A DNA stretch of 64,000 nt, taken from assembly GCA_012295275.1 (NCBI GenBank), contig CM022677.1, forward strand, positions 11,408,001 to 11,472,000. Direction: 5' to 3'. Source of the DNA: Chrysomallon squamiferum (taxonomy: Eukaryota > Animalia > Mollusca). Below are positions 29,166 to 44,689 of this stretch, one piece after another. Below the pieces are notes generated by a model. It saw nothing but the letters and a program-made list of their open reading frames with translations, was not told where the DNA came from and ran no database searches. The position numbers and the translations under genes were made by a program. Position 1 is the stretch's first letter, and the number at the start of each line of letters is the position of its first letter.

Positions 29166-30237
29166 GCGATTAAAAAAAGAACAAAAAAACCAACAACATT
29201 AAGCTTATCCAGCAGCGCAGTTTGTAATATGATATTTTATATTCATTTCAAATTCTTCACCTTTTCCTGTATTTTTTATTTAACATTGTCTTCGCCTCGG
29301 ATACTTGTTTTACATGTTAGACTGTAAAACTGATGACGTAATCGAGACCTCGCGTGACCTCTGTAGATAATTTATTTATTTATTTGTATGAAATTTTCTG
29401 AAACAATTTTACAGTCAACTTTGCAAAACTAATTTAAAATAATTAATTTTAAAATCAACATGCAACACTGAAACATTAGGATATACACAGAAAGAATATA
29501 AACCATTAGGGAGATGCATAAAGATATAGATAGGACAATAATAATAATAATAGTTTGGACTGTTCATAGAAAGAAGCAGGCGGCGACAGAAAAATTGTTA
29601 AAACTGTGTAGAATTTATGGATTGATAGACAAACACATGGACAGATGTGGGTATATGTATTTGGCTGTTAGAAAAACATATATACATACACACAAGTTGT
29701 GTGTGAATGTAGGTGTGTACTGAAGGAAATTCGAATTTTTGTATGCGTTATCTGAGGCATGGGTATTTAGGAGAAATAGATGCAGACACAGATACAGACA
29801 GAAAGACAGACAGATGTGAATGTTGATACAGAGAGAATGACAGACAGATGTGAATGTGAAAGGATGAGTTGGTACATACATGATATCTGTGAGAGACAGT
29901 TAATGTGTTTGTTATCAGAGAGAACTGTTGTATGTTAAAGACAATGTCCTTGTTTATGTATAAATAAATACAAGTTCCAAGTGTTTTGATTCTTGTTTTG
30001 TTTTTAAAAAATGAACAGTAAGATATAAAAATATAATTATTAATTGGATTATTTTAATGATTTATTCTTATATTATTGTCTTGATTTTGAATTGTTGTAT
30101 TAACATTAAAAGATATTTGAAAAAAGCAGAAATTAATCAGTCTAAAACAATAATTTTAGCTCTATTAAAACCAGTATCTTTTTTAAAAACAGATTTAGAG
30201 TAATTTTTATTTTAAAGAAAATGAAAATGAAATGATG

Positions 30238-30293
<56 letters not shown>

Positions 30294-30559
30294 CTAAAAA
30301 ACCAATGATAATTAATTTGCTTTATTATGGCTTCATTATGACAGTCTGTGACCTCGAATAAAAGCGTCTTGAAATGCTATGTAATTATACTTCCTATTTA
30401 ATAAACTTCAGTTTGATTAGTAACATTATGCAGAGTGATCTTGACTGCTCAAGATTTATATGTTGTATGAAAAATTCATTGTTTTTATTCAAGGGGCAAA
30501 TCGGAAAAAAAAAAATGGGGGTTTTAAACTCAGTGTTCTGTGTGTTTTTACAAACACGC

Positions 30560-30638
30560 TAAATAGAGTTATTTCCCTTAGACCATGAATGCATATGCAG
30601 TCATTATAATAATGGTCTAAGGGAAATAACTCTATTTA
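30560..30638. repeat. Perfect 27-bp inverted repeat (hairpin)
   Basis: TAAATAGAGTTATTTCCCTTAGACCAT (30560-30586) and its exact reverse complement (30612-30638), 25-nt loop. Confidence 0.95.
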
Positions 30639-31121
30639 ACGAGTTTACAGAATGCCATATAGTATGATTAGTGTTCTTTCTAGTGCTTTGATTATTTGTT
30701 TTTGTAAAATTAAACAAAATGTACATATAAAAAATAATGATTAAATCACATTATCTTTTGCTGGTTGGCAAAAAATACCGAAGATAATGATCAGTATATA
30801 AATAAAAAAACTAAAAACAGACTAAAAAATTTTGAAATTTTCCAACATGTCAAAGGCTAATTATAAAATACTCAGAAAAATTCCATTTATCAATTAAAAA
30901 GGTTAATGAACTATCACACTGATTTTAGCTTATTTACAAAGATGGCATTCCATAGCAAAGATGAATCTCTATTCCTCTTTCAGTGAGAAAAATTAAATAA
31001 CCAAGCACACATCAATGATAAAAACAGAGCAAGCTGCTATGAAGTACAATGTGTACACTGGATTTTCTGATCACATTAACAATGCAGTCTCTTGGAGATC
31101 AGTGAGTTTTTGAAATTCAAA

Positions 31122-31289
31122 TTACATTTCAGACATATTTTCTCTTGAAAGTGTTGAGGTTTCTCTGGTAAGGGAAGACTGTGATGTAATAGCATTCTAG
31201 CGCTTTAGTCAACCTTGTCTGAAAATGGGTCTTACAACATTTTCGACTGAACTGCTGGCTGAGGCACCTTGAATCTGTTGTCTAGGATC
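31122..31289 (-). pseudogene. Decayed copy of the terminal exon 1859-2026
   Basis: Same length and acceptor; reads DPRQQIQGASASSSVENVVRPIFRQG* with premature TGA and TAG. Confidence 0.8.
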
Positions 31290-32187
31290 CTACAACAAAA
31301 TACAATATTTATTAATAAATTAAACATAAAATGAAGTGAAAGTAGAATTTATTGTCAGCTCTAACTGCATTTCACTGTCTTAGCAACAATAATTTTAGTC
31401 CACATTTTTGTTTTTTCCATATAATTTTAATAACAATAATTAATTTTTTTTTAACTTTTATGTAAAAGGATTAAAACAGCAATACGTCAATAAAAGAGAT
31501 TTTGATAAATATTTTTTAATATATTTGAATACTTCTGTAACTTGGTAAAATTTGATATTTACACTGTCTTTTAGAATTTTAGTCTAGTTTACGATGACTG
31601 CCAGGAATATTAAGTAAATAAACATTTTACACCTATATTGTATTACATTAGTCAATAAGTAAAATGGTCTTCTAATACTGATTCTACTTGAAATACTAAC
31701 ATACTAACATGATAACATTTGAGAATATTCTGTCAAACTTTAATTGACCTTTCACAATTGTTATATTACCTGAATAACAAATTATTTGATTAATTAAAAC
31801 ATTTAATTGTAATATTCTTTCCTGCCACTTTAATGTAATTTAATTTTTACCACTAATGAAATATATTTTGTCGTATGAATAAATAACAATTATCCTATGC
31901 TGAATGCATGGCAACAGTTACAATAATAATCATTAAGGTATATTTTAAAATGTATTTAAAACAAACACAACATTAAATAAAGATGAATTTGAATCACATA
32001 ATTAAAGTTAAAGTAGAATTTTTTATTAGATCTGTTTTTATTTATGAACTGATTTCAACATCATTCCTTAACCATGTGATTTTTATGAGTTAGAAATGAA
32101 ACTGTTTTGATTACTGCTAGTACAAATATAAGACAAATATAAGCTAAAAAGAAATAAAACAATGCTAATGGAAGTAAACTAAGTCAC

Positions 32188-33262
32188 CTGCTGCTCAACT
32201 TCCAGGCTTTTGTCTTTGCCACTGTCACACACAGCCATCACAGTCATCTGTCAAGTGATTTCATTTTAATGTTTTTCTTTGTCTGGTTTTAGCATATTCA
32301 AGATTTTCAAGTTTTTTCTCCTGATATTTGACTGTTGAGATTGGTGACTAGTGTAAGACTCTCCAACTTAACATGGTTGGATTCAACGTCCAGGTCACCA
32401 AAATTCACACAACTGAGTGGATGCTGACATTGGACTAGAGAGGGGACGATTCACTGGTCAGAGTGTGACTGGTGGGTGCACTGGTCAGTGTGACTGGTGG
32501 GTGCACTGCCTCAAATAAAACATAAATAAAATATTGTATAAAACATAAATAAAACACTGCTACTACTACATTTACTGCAACATTACATGCTACTTTTATT
32601 AACATCATTACTATAACTAATATTTCCTGTTATTCCTTATTCAACTAGGGTTACTGTTATTGAAATAATACTCCTATTACTAAAATTACTGTCCATTAAT
32701 AATAAAAGTGATATTTATTACTGTCTTCACTGTTACTCCTATGTCTGTATTTCTTTATACTAATATTATTATAATTACTACAACCACCACAATTATGACT
32801 ACTATTACTACTACTATCACTGCTGTTACACTACTCTTCTTGTTACATTTATCATAACAATTTCTCTAAAAACAACTACTATCAGTACTGCTACTACTAC
32901 TACCACCACCACTACAACCAGTCATTTGACTACAACCAGTTTTTTTAATCACCTTTAGTCTCACATGATATATTACTACTACTAAGCTATGGAGATAGCA
33001 TCATCAGCTAAAACATCATTAAGATCAATTCTACAGCATTAAACAACACCTATTAATGCTGTAACAATTACATCACTACAACAATGGCAAAGACTATATT
33101 ACTATAAAAACAACCTCTATAGATGTTCCTGTTCTGCCTTATTCTTTCATGACATTTCTCTCCTGTGGTGATCTCACAGATTTAACTCTTCTTGAGTACA
33201 GAGCGGTTTCTGAAATCAACAATCATTTATTTATTTACCTTTGTAGTTATATATGTATCTGT

Positions 33263-33357
<95 letters not shown>

Positions 33358-34085
33358 ATGAGAAATACATAAGAAAACACAAATTCACAGTTCAGTTTTT
33401 CCTTTTTCAGTGGCAGCAGTACAAACTTTATCCTCAGTGCTGAACAGCACCTTCTACTGAAACAACTTCACTAGCCAACATTAGCACATCAATCAGAACT
33501 GTATGTGCATTCTGAAAAAAAAAATACAAGTAAAATAATAAAAATAATAAATAATATAAATAAATAAATAATGTTTGTGTTATTATTAAAATTTCAATTT
33601 TGCTGTTATCAGTTGCTGGATTATTCAGACACAAAGGGGTGTGGGATATTTTTGATATACTTTGTATAATCATTATAATGATAATGATGATAATGGTAAT
33701 ATTTTAAATAATTAACTAAACAACAGGAAACAAATGATTATTATTATGCTATTTTACAATCAGTAAAGAGTTGTTACTATAAAACTTATTTTACTTGCTA
33801 AGAAATAAAAATAAGTTAGAAAACTCACAACTTAGAATTTTGCAGTCTGCAGTTTCTGTAAAGCTGATTCATCCTTCTTCATAATGCAAATTCCCTTAAA
33901 CAGCACCTAAACAATACTGGAATGACCTACATATAATATTTAAAATCAACAGTAAACAATGTTATTAGAAATTCCAACATGAACATAATACATTTTTTTT
34001 AATCAATCTACATTTGTCATGCATATTTTATTTTATTATCATTCATGCAATATTTCTCTCTCACACACGCATGCACAAACACACA

Positions 34086-34148
<63 letters not shown>

Positions 34149-37100
34149 ACAAAACATACCCTGCCACTGTTGAGAGGTTTCTAAAAACATTCTAACACAG
34201 GTCTGACAGATTAGTTGACAGCAGACTGTTGATTCACAGTATCAATAGTCTCTTGTGTCCATTCTCTGGAACATGGCCTGGGTTTTTGTGACGATGAAGA
34301 AGGGGACAGGGACCTGGCTGCATTGATCCACTCTGAATCAGGAACAAGACTAGTTCGGTCCTTCAAATGTGGTGAGAGATCATAAATGTTGCCTTCCTGA
34401 ATCTCATCTTGTTCTGCAGCAGCAACAGTCTCTGTTTTCTTCTCTCTGTTTTCTTTATCTTCTCATCCAGCTTCATTATCAGAGATGCAAGCTCAGACAT
34501 CACCTGCTGCTCAACTTCCTGTCTGTTGTCTTTGCCACCATCATGCAGAGCCATCGCAATCATCTACCAAGTTGTTTTGTTTGACAGCACAGCAGATGAA
34601 GTGTTTTTACCAGCATCAGCTTGTTTTTACAAAACTGCAGTCTTCAGTGGTGCTCTGCCCTTTCCTTCTTGTTCCTGTCTCTAATAATACTAGACATGGT
34701 GCACTCCCTTGAATAGACTGACAGGATAGCACATACCACAGCTTCTAATATACTAGACACAATTCACAAAAGAGACCCACTGACAGGGTAGTATATACCA
34801 TAGTCTCTAATATATTAGATTCAGTGTACTGCCTTCAAAAAACAGACTCACTGTCAGGGTAGCACATACCACATTCTCTAATATACTAGACACAATGTAC
34901 TGGAGGGTATTAAGTACCACAGTCTAATATACTAGGTATGATGCACTGTATCCAATCCCACATACACATAATAATGAAATAGTAAAAAATATTTTTGTTT
35001 CTGTAATGTTTTCAAATGAAATATTACTTTTCAGAATATAAACATTTTTATAAACCAATACTTAAATATTTTGGGGTTCTTTGTTTGTTTGTTTTTTTTT
35101 GCTTTTTCAGTTTGAATAAATATAAATCTTTATATATATATATATATACAATCTATGATGCACTTTAGTTTGCTTTGAATTAGTTATTTGTTAAATAAAC
35201 CTTCAAACAGATCACCTGATTTACAGTCTGTAGTAAGTGACAGCAATACAAAATGCATAATTTGGGACAGTTTTGCACTTTTTAATTATTTTTTTTTTAT
35301 TTTTTTTTTTTTTTTTTTTGCATGATTTACATCCCTACTACCAATTTAAAATTGTTAAATTTGAGCATTGTAATTAATAGCAGATATCATCAAATATTAA
35401 AACTTTGCAAAAGACAAAATATGTAATATGTTCTAACTGAAATTATTTGATTAATTCCCAAGAATACTTTTTACATATTTTATCTATAAACTATAATAAA
35501 AAATAGATTTTAGGATTTATGAGAGATAATAATCAAACTATTAAACATAAAATGATAAATTAGGAACAATTATATAATTACATGAAATATTTAAATAAAA
35601 TTTAACAATACAAAAATTAAATATTATTACTAAAATAAAATTATTTGCCTGCTCTTTGAAATTTTATTACAAATATTATCAAACTTTACATTACTTGTGT
35701 CTTAAGTATTAGAGAACACCGAACTGGTTCAAACTGGTTCATACTGACACACACAACAGTTGGTCAAATCAGATGTTCAGCAGCAAATTTCTGTAGGGAA
35801 AAAAAATCATTGTTTACATGTTTTTTTCTTATGAAAACAATGCAGAACATTTAAAACATAGTATTAATAGTAACAATATTTAATTACCAAGATTAATTAT
35901 TTACATATTTTATATTTAGTCTATTTAAAACTATGTATTATCACTGATAAATTCAGAATATTAAAAACAGATATTAAGCAAAAAGTGATAATATTATTTT
36001 ATTTTATTAATTGCAAAGATTAATTATTTACATATTTATAAATTATAAATTACTGAAAAAATGCAGAAAAAGTAATAAAAATGTTTAGGTAAAGGTGATA
36101 ATATTTTATTAATTATCAAGTTTTGTTTTAATTTTGAAATCTGTATGATACTAGAAAAACATTTTAATTAACTTCTTTCATTTCTTTCTTTTTTTTAACA
36201 GGATTTTCTGGGGGTTTTGAGTATACAGATTTATAATGATCAAGTAGAATTTAAGGAAATAGAAAGAGAAAAGCAGAAAGTACTTGACTTTTATCAAACG
36301 TTGACTCTGCTTAACATGCTAAGTAAATTTTAAGCAAATTAGAATAAATATTATCTTGCCAATATATAGGCAAAACAGATGAAAATTATTAGCTGTTTTA
36401 ACAGTTTTTTAGTTTTTTTCAGGTTATTAATAATCAATAAAATATTAAAAACAAGAAATAACAGTAAAAATCCTAATCCTGAGTGTTCCGTTTGTTTTAA
36501 GACAACTCACTAATCTTGAAACACAAGAAAATATCAGTAAAACCTGCCACTGAAGAAGAAACAAAATAAATAAGAAAATAATTAATAAAATAAATAAATA
36601 ACTAAATAAATAATTAATAAAATAAATAAATAAATAAATAATTAAAAATTAAAAAAAGAAAAAGAGACTGAACAACAAAAGCACACCTAAAAGCAAATTG
36701 AAAAGAAGAACAATGCCACAGTAAATTATTTTATTTTCTGAGTTTATACAAAAACATTGAAAGTAGACAGGGTAGATTAAATAAATAAGTAAACAAATAA
36801 ATAAAATATCAAACTGTATTCTGAAAACACTTATTTCTCTTCATACAGTTGATAATTATTCAGTTTATTCAATTTTCACACTTGTATGCATTATTTCTCT
36901 GAAAGCAAGTGAGGTCTGTGTGTGTGTCTGTGTGTGTGAGTGTGTGTGTGTGTGTGCATGCTGGACGGTGTTTGTATTTATGTATGTATATATGTGTATG
37001 CATGTGTATCAGTGTTGGTGTATATGTGTTTGTTTGTTAAAGTAATTGGTAAAACATTACAAGTATAAATATCCAATTATATACACAACTGCACACATTA

Positions 37101-37367
37101 GACTTTCAGAACCAGGATAAATAACAACAAACCCACCTCTGAAAATGCAACAACATAGAACACTTAAAAATCACTAATTCAGAAGATTAAGAAATGGAAA
37201 TTAGGATTTCCAAAAGATAGCAGCTGACAATAGTATTACAAGAAAAAAGCTGGTTGGACACGTACTGTCATTTCTTGTGTGTTGTAGAGCTGTATGCAGT
37301 GAGGAAGATGACAGAGCCTGCCTCATGTCAGTTTTATACATGACACTCGACTATCTTGTCACTGACC
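32188..37367 (-). pseudogene. Series of decayed exon-like blocks (pseudogene or lncRNA)
   Basis: GC-richer blocks bounded by AG/GT on the minus strand (~37136-37365, 35695-35791, 34160-34680, 33830-33905, 33390-33512, 33115-33208, 32188-32509), most with stop codons in the candidate frames. Two blocks share a peptide (MIAMALHDGGKDNRQEVEQQV / MTVMAVCDSGKDKSLEVEQQV). Confidence 0.4.
34676..34950. repeat. Degenerate ~50-70 bp minisatellite, ~5 copies
   Basis: Recurring TCTAATATACTAGAC...GACAGGGTAGCACATACCACA. Confidence 0.8.
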
Positions 37368-37458
37368 TTCAAAATAAAACAAAATTAAAAATTAAATTAA
37401 ATACAGATAATAAATAGATATCAAATGCAATAGAGCACATTATTAAGATTAGATTTAA

Positions 37459-37511
<53 letters not shown>

Positions 37512-38651
37512 GCTGAATACAGTTCATTATGACATCTACAAAACATTTATTTCAGTTTTAATGTGTCTTGTTTATCAAGATAAGATTTATTACAATTCAT
37601 TTTACATCTTAAATTTTCAATTTGTTAAAATAATATGGTGGACCGTTTTTTTTTATTAAAATTTTTTGTTTTTGTTTTTATGGTGGTCGTAAATTGTCTC
37701 GTAAAAATATTATTTGTATCACAAATGAATGAAGAAAAACTCATTTAGAAGAAATAAAATGTTTCGTTTTTAATTGTAGGAAATATTTTTTCCAAGTTAA
37801 TTATAATTTTATCTCCATCATATCCATGCCTGTGTTTATTTAAAATACAGTTAAAGGCAAAACAGGATGAAAGTACAGAGCACCATCGAAGTGGGCCCAT
37901 TCATGGGAAACATGGTTATCCTCGATATCGGCGGGCCGCAGTTACCACTTTAAGCAATTTTGTGTTTTTTACGTAGAATTTTGTTTTTGTACAAAATTCA
38001 TTTTGATTTCCCTCAGAAACTGTTATAATAAAAAAATTACATGTGTTTTATGAATTAAAGTAGAGACAAAATAGACGCATTTTTTATAACATTTGAATTA
38101 ACGTTATTTTTCCAAGTAAGTAATTAATCTTCTGCAAGCAACAGACGTTTAAAAACAACTAGCACAGACATGACACAACCTTTACAAACAGCAGGGCCTG
38201 GGTCATTGAAAGATGGCACCTCCTCAGGTAGGGCCGCCCATAAGTTACTAAATTTACAAACACAGTGTTTTTACGTATTTGTTTCTCAAAATAAAATTCA
38301 TTTTCATTTTTTTTATATAATTCTAAAGTTTATATTAAGTGTCCATGAGAAAAAAAAATTACATTTGTTTTAATTCACATTCGTCTTTAATCTAGCAGCA
38401 TCTTTATAAACCAGCTCCATAACGTTATTTTTAAAGAACGAAAGAATAAAAGAACGAGATACAGAATGAAATATGATAATAAATAAAATAAAATAAAACA
38501 TGATCGACTGCTTGGAGAAAAAGTATTTCAAACGTGATGGGCATTCATTTGAAGATCTGGGTAACGTAATTTATTTATTTATTTTTGTTCAGGTTGACTG
38601 AACTCACTGTATTTATTTTGTTTTACTTTCTTTTTCTTCTTTTTTTTCAAA

Positions 38652-38695
<44 letters not shown>

Positions 38696-40908
38696 TATAT
38701 TTTTATATAATTCGATAAACATTTTAATAGTTTTGGTATAAAGTTGAAGAACATATTTACGAACATGAAAACGTAACATCCACGTTTCGCCGCTGTAATT
38801 CCCGAACATTCAGGTTACTATTAACACCTAAAGGTAAAAGGTTGCCTTAACCAGCTGTCGTCACGTAACCTGAACACATCATCACATGACATGGAGGACA
38901 TGCTCACTTTATCTCTTTTTTTAAATATTTTTAATTAAATTTGCTTTTCAGAAAGATTAATATGTTCCATTATATACCTATTTTCTCAAAATTTAATATA
39001 TTTTTATAAAAGTCTCATAAAGACTTTTCTATTTAAAATGATATTTTGCCTTCATGAAAAATATTTATTTACATTTATTTATTTCGCCGCTGATTAATTG
39101 TTGTTGCTGCTGTTGTTGTTGTTATTATTACTATTATTATTTTATTTTATTTATTTATTTTTCTTTATTTGTTTATTTTTTATTATTTTATTATTTTTTT
39201 TTTCTTTTTTGTACATTTTATTTAACATGTTTTACATTTGAACGTTAGATGCATTTTTAAAAGTAATTACAGTAATATTACTGAATTTTAACGCGGATAA
39301 AACGTCATAAAAAAAAAAAAAAAAACTGAGATGTGCCTAACAAGTCTCAATAGCAAAGCATAACTTTCTTCACACATGTATCTTGATTTTTCAGTGTAAA
39401 CTATTTTAAATATTTAGTGGTAAAACGTTAAAAAGATGTTTAATCTGAAACTATATATGTATATAAATATGTGTTTATGTGTATGTATGTATGTATATAT
39501 GCATATGTGTGTATGTGTATGTTTGTTAATTGAAAGAAGTACAATATCTTGTAATAGAAACAAATCAGACTTCATATTGGATGTTAATGATTCGCTGTTT
39601 GATTGTACCGAGCATTCAGTTATGTGTGTTCTATTTTTAATTATTTACTTATTTGTGTGTGTGTGTGTGCGCGTGCCCATGTATTTGTATATTGCATCGA
39701 TTAGTTTTCATTTTACGTTTAAAATTAAAATAATTTAACAATATAAAAAAACACGGATATTTTGTTTTTATTTAACTTTATTTTTTCTCTTTTCTTTTTT
39801 TTTTTTCTTATTTTTCTTAGTAGTATTTTAAGAACGTATAAGGGGTTTTAACAAATATTCGGTACGTGCTTTCTCTCCTTAACTTTCAAATCTGGCTACG
39901 CCTCTGATGGGTGCTGAGGATATAAAATAGACTTAATTTTACAATGTACATGTTCATAACTTGACAAACCGTATATACGTTTTACTAAGGCAAATACTGA
40001 TTACACTATTTCCAAGATACATAATTATATGCCAGTCCTGAACTAGAATTATTTCGTGAAAACAACGAATGATGCTGCCCTATTGAAATAATAATGTAAG
40101 AACACATTTTTATTATTATTTGGTTTTTTTATACGCCTTTACTGAACATTAACTTCAACAAATAAAATGAAACAAATAAAAGACCGGAAGCACACTTTCA
40201 ATCGTTTGGGTTGTCAGATATTGTGCAAAATAAACTGACGTCGAAATATTAAAATTCTCTGATTGTCGGTCCAGGGAAGTAACTCTGACTAATAACAAGA
40301 TAGGAAGATGTCTGAACAAGTTTGTAACTTGAAAAATAATAAGAGAAACCAAAAATAATTGTCTTTGGATGGAAAGTGAAATGTTGAGGCCAACTTGTGC
40401 ATGGTATAGTATCTAAGTTTATATATTTTATCCACTCATAACTCATATTTTATTCTCGTTAACTGAATTCTTAGCAGAGATACTGGACATTACCGATATC
40501 GAAACAATTTGTTATTATGTCTAGTATAAATATAAAGATTTAAACTCAGTAAAAACTTAGATTGTTTACAATATTATCATATAGGGACATAGAAAATAAT
40601 ATAACATATCGATTCGGTCTATATTATGAAAGGTGGTAGTAAATTTATTTGGAAGAAAAATAAAATATATAAATTCAACAACTTATGTTTAATATTACAA
40701 TTATTTTGTATTTGACTATTGACCCTCAAAAAGTGTTTACACTGTTGTTGTTTCTTCAATTGACTGTCATTAGCCGTTTAATATAGCTGTTCTTGTTCTT
40801 GTTGTGGTTGTTGTCAAACATAAAGAAGAACGCAGATTACCTGATCAATATTTCAGTAACAATTTTTAAAATAATTTTTAGTTATTATTATAATTCATTC
40901 ATTGTCAG

Positions 40909-40954
<46 letters not shown>

Positions 40955-42042
40955 TAAATTTGGTGTATTGATAATAATCATCATCATCATCATCATTTAA
41001 TTTTTAGTTTTTAATTTTTTTCATTTGGTTTCTGTAATTTGTATTATTTCTTCATTTTGTTGCTATTTCAGTAATATTTTATTTTATGACATTTTAGTAT
41101 TTTTCTTTTTTCTATAAGTAATTCATTTAATTTATTTGCATTATGTATTTTAAATATATATATATACCTGAGTGTGTGTGTGTATGTATGTATGGATATA
41201 TACATATACTATCTTAATTCTTCTGTCTTCTTGTTTCTTCTTATTCCTGTGTTTATTCATATTTCTTCATATTATTTGTTTTCATTTTTGTGTTATCTTT
41301 AAAGCTATTTTCTTGTTTATTATTTTAACCTATTTATTATTTACCATGATTATTGTTTCTTGTTATTTTTCTTCATTACAGTTTACTCAAAATCTTTTTC
41401 TACTTGTCTGTTCCTCCTGTCTATATTTAATTTGTTATTTTATTGATAAGCAAGATTTTTGTAATATACCATTTATTTATTATTTGTTAGTCTCCCAATT
41501 TCTGTTCATAGTTCTTATTCTTCTTTCTTTTTCTTTTTTCATATTTTAAATTCTTAATTTTTATTTTAATGATTTTTATTATTTATTTATTATATTTTGT
41601 ATTTTGTATTTTTTATTTTTTTTGAAGCTACTGACCATTTGTATTCTTGTTATTTTTCTTCTTCATTCTTTTTGTTTCTTACTCTTCATTTCCTAGTTTC
41701 TGTGTTTTCTTTTATGTTACCATTATTTGTTATTTACTTATTTTTTTCCTGTGATGTCTCTTAAAATACACTATTATTTTTTTAGTTCTTCAGTCTCTTT
41801 CTTTTATCGTTTTAATTTCTTTTGTGTTTTTGAATTTTGTTCTTCTGCTCATTTTATTTAAAGAATTCGAATTTTTTTAATTATTATTATATGTATGTAT
41901 ATGTATTTATATTATTATAATTTTAATATAATGTTTATTTATTTATAGTATTAATATTTTCAATCTCTTAACTGCATCACCCATCTTTCTGGTTATTTTT
42001 CTACATTCTAATAATTCAAATTCTTTTTATTTTATTAATTAT

Positions 42043-42125
<83 letters not shown>

Positions 42126-42479
42126 AGCTTGTTACATTCATTTTAATATTACATTTCTTCTTCATGTTTCTTCTTATTCAGTTGTGAGAAGAATTTTTTG
42201 GTTTGTTTTGATTTATAAAAATGCTCTTAAAACAAGTTTTAGTAGACAGTTGATTTTTTTTTTTTTTCTCACTTCTGTCTATCTAATGTGTGTATGTGTG
42301 TATGTATCTATCATTTATTTATTTATTTATTTATTATATTATTGTTTTTAATTTATTAAAATATGAATTACATAATATTCACATTAATTATTATCAACCT
42401 TTTCATTATTTTATTTTAAATTACAACCTACTGAATAATAAATTGTTCTGTATTTTCATTATTTTTTTTAATTTGTCAG

Positions 42480-42589
42480 GAAACAGTTTTGGACCCCAGG
42501 CTTTCCGAGCTGTGTGTTTGGCAATGTGTTCTAACACAACAGTGATCTTCCTTAGCCTCACCACCAACAAAACAGACACTGAGAGTGCT
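42480..42589 (+). CDS. Isolated exon encoding a ribonuclease-inhibitor-type leucine-rich repeat segment
   Basis: TTGTCAG acceptor and GTGAGT donor; (G)NSFGPQAFRAVCLAMCSNTTVIFLSLTTNKTDTESA fits the N.fG..g...l..al..NttL..LsL..N pattern. No neighbouring exons found. Confidence 0.6.
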
Positions 42590-42626
42590 GTGAGTAATCT
42601 TAATTATAACTGTTATAAAAAGTTAC

Positions 42627-42666
<40 letters not shown>

Positions 42667-44008
42667 GTAACAACAACAATAACAATAATAATGACAATAA
42701 TAATAGTAGTAGTAGTAGTAGTAGTAGTAATACTAGTAATAATGATAATAGTAATAATAATGATAGTAATAATAGTAATACAATAATAATAATAATAGTA
42801 ATAATAATAAAACCAGTTTAAAGGATTCCATATTCATAATATAATGCTTATGCTGATAACAAGAAATTATTTTTATATTTATATATGTATAACTGTCAAA
42901 AAAAATGCTTATATTCTTTTCTTCTTCTTCTTATTATAATTAGTAGGAGTATTGTCATTATTATTGTTATTCTTATTATTATTAATACTATTATTGTCAT
43001 TGTTATTGTTATTGTTACTATTTTTATTATTATTAGTAGTTAGTATTTGTAATTATCCAGCAGTATATGTTATCTACTAATATTGCTACTTCTGGTATTA
43101 CCACTGTTACTACTGTTATTCTACTACTGAAAAAAAATAGTTACGAAACGGTGACTTTGAACACACTAAAGCTATTAGCAATAACTATTATATTATATAT
43201 CTATTTACCTCTGTGTCTGTCACTGCTATTTCTAATGTTGCTACTTTATCTTATTTACTACCTCTATGTATTGTATCTACTTGTATTATACAACCTAAGC
43301 TAATTCTACCACAGTTATCACTATTACTGATACTGCTGTGATTACCACTATTACTGCTACTAGTACTGTTATTACTAATACTTAGATATAAGATACAACA
43401 ACAGCAACAATAAGAATATAACAAGAACAAACAAAAAATATACGAATGCAGACAAACCGATATAAACATGCTTGCTGTTGTATTCTTTGTTCTTGATATG
43501 AAAATTAAAGACCATGTTAACTGTGAAAGGAGATATATTTTGATTGGGTGTCTATTTACTTATTTATTAAAAAATAATAATCAATGATGCTGTATGTGAA
43601 TATTTATAATTATAATAATAATAATATAAGTAATTTTCTCTTGGGACTGTATACTGTTTACTGTCATGTAATTCAAGTATTTTGTTTTAATGAAACATCT
43701 CATTATTATTTCAACAAAGAGGGAAACGCCTTTATCAATTATTATTATTATTATATGATTATTTCTCCTCTAACTTGATAGTCCCTTAAAAAGTATTAAA
43801 CTTACCAGTTTCTACTTATTTCAGCCAAACATCAACAAGTCTGTTTTGAGATGTACTGAAATTTGTAATATCAATAGCTAAAAATTGTTTATGCTGCTTG
43901 TATTAACCTGAATATATATATTAACAGTCCACTGTAGATGTAAATTGGCATTAAACAATGAGGTAAAAAAACAAGTACTCGTATGTTAAAAACTGGCAAT
44001 CTCTCATT

Positions 44009-44052
<44 letters not shown>

Positions 44053-44286
44053 AAATATTTTATATTTTATACACTTTACTTAATTAAAATATATAATGAC
44101 AGTATTGTATAAAATACCCCACATGTAACATGCGATTCAGTATCTTACTTTTTCATGTGTTATATTACAGAATTAGAATATCATAAATGTCAGTAACTTG
44201 CTGATAACGAAACATCGTATATAGCTGTATAATTTTCCTTGTATATTTCTGATTTATTGTTTACATTATGAATACATGAATTTATG

Positions 44287-44331
<45 letters not shown>

Positions 44332-44689
44332 TTAACTGTATTCAGTCGACTCTGAGAAAACCAGACTTCGACTAATACAGATTTCTGAATAACCTGCACC
44401 ATTTCAAAGTTTCGTCCAGCTATCGGTAACCTACTATCATAGTGGGGGAAAACACCATAAGCCATAAGCTTATAAAATAAAATATATTTAATAAATGAAT
44501 GAATGAAAAAAATTAACTTGCTAATCAGAGCAAGCTGTTGTGAAGCACGTCTACGACAGGCACGCTTTCTGATAGGTCAGCAGGAGTGCCCATCACAGAA
44601 AAGAGTTTTAGGTAAGGAAAGAAAGTGGATAGAGAGTGGGTAGAGAGTGGATAGAGAGTGGGTTCTCATTACAATTGCAGGACAAAAGG

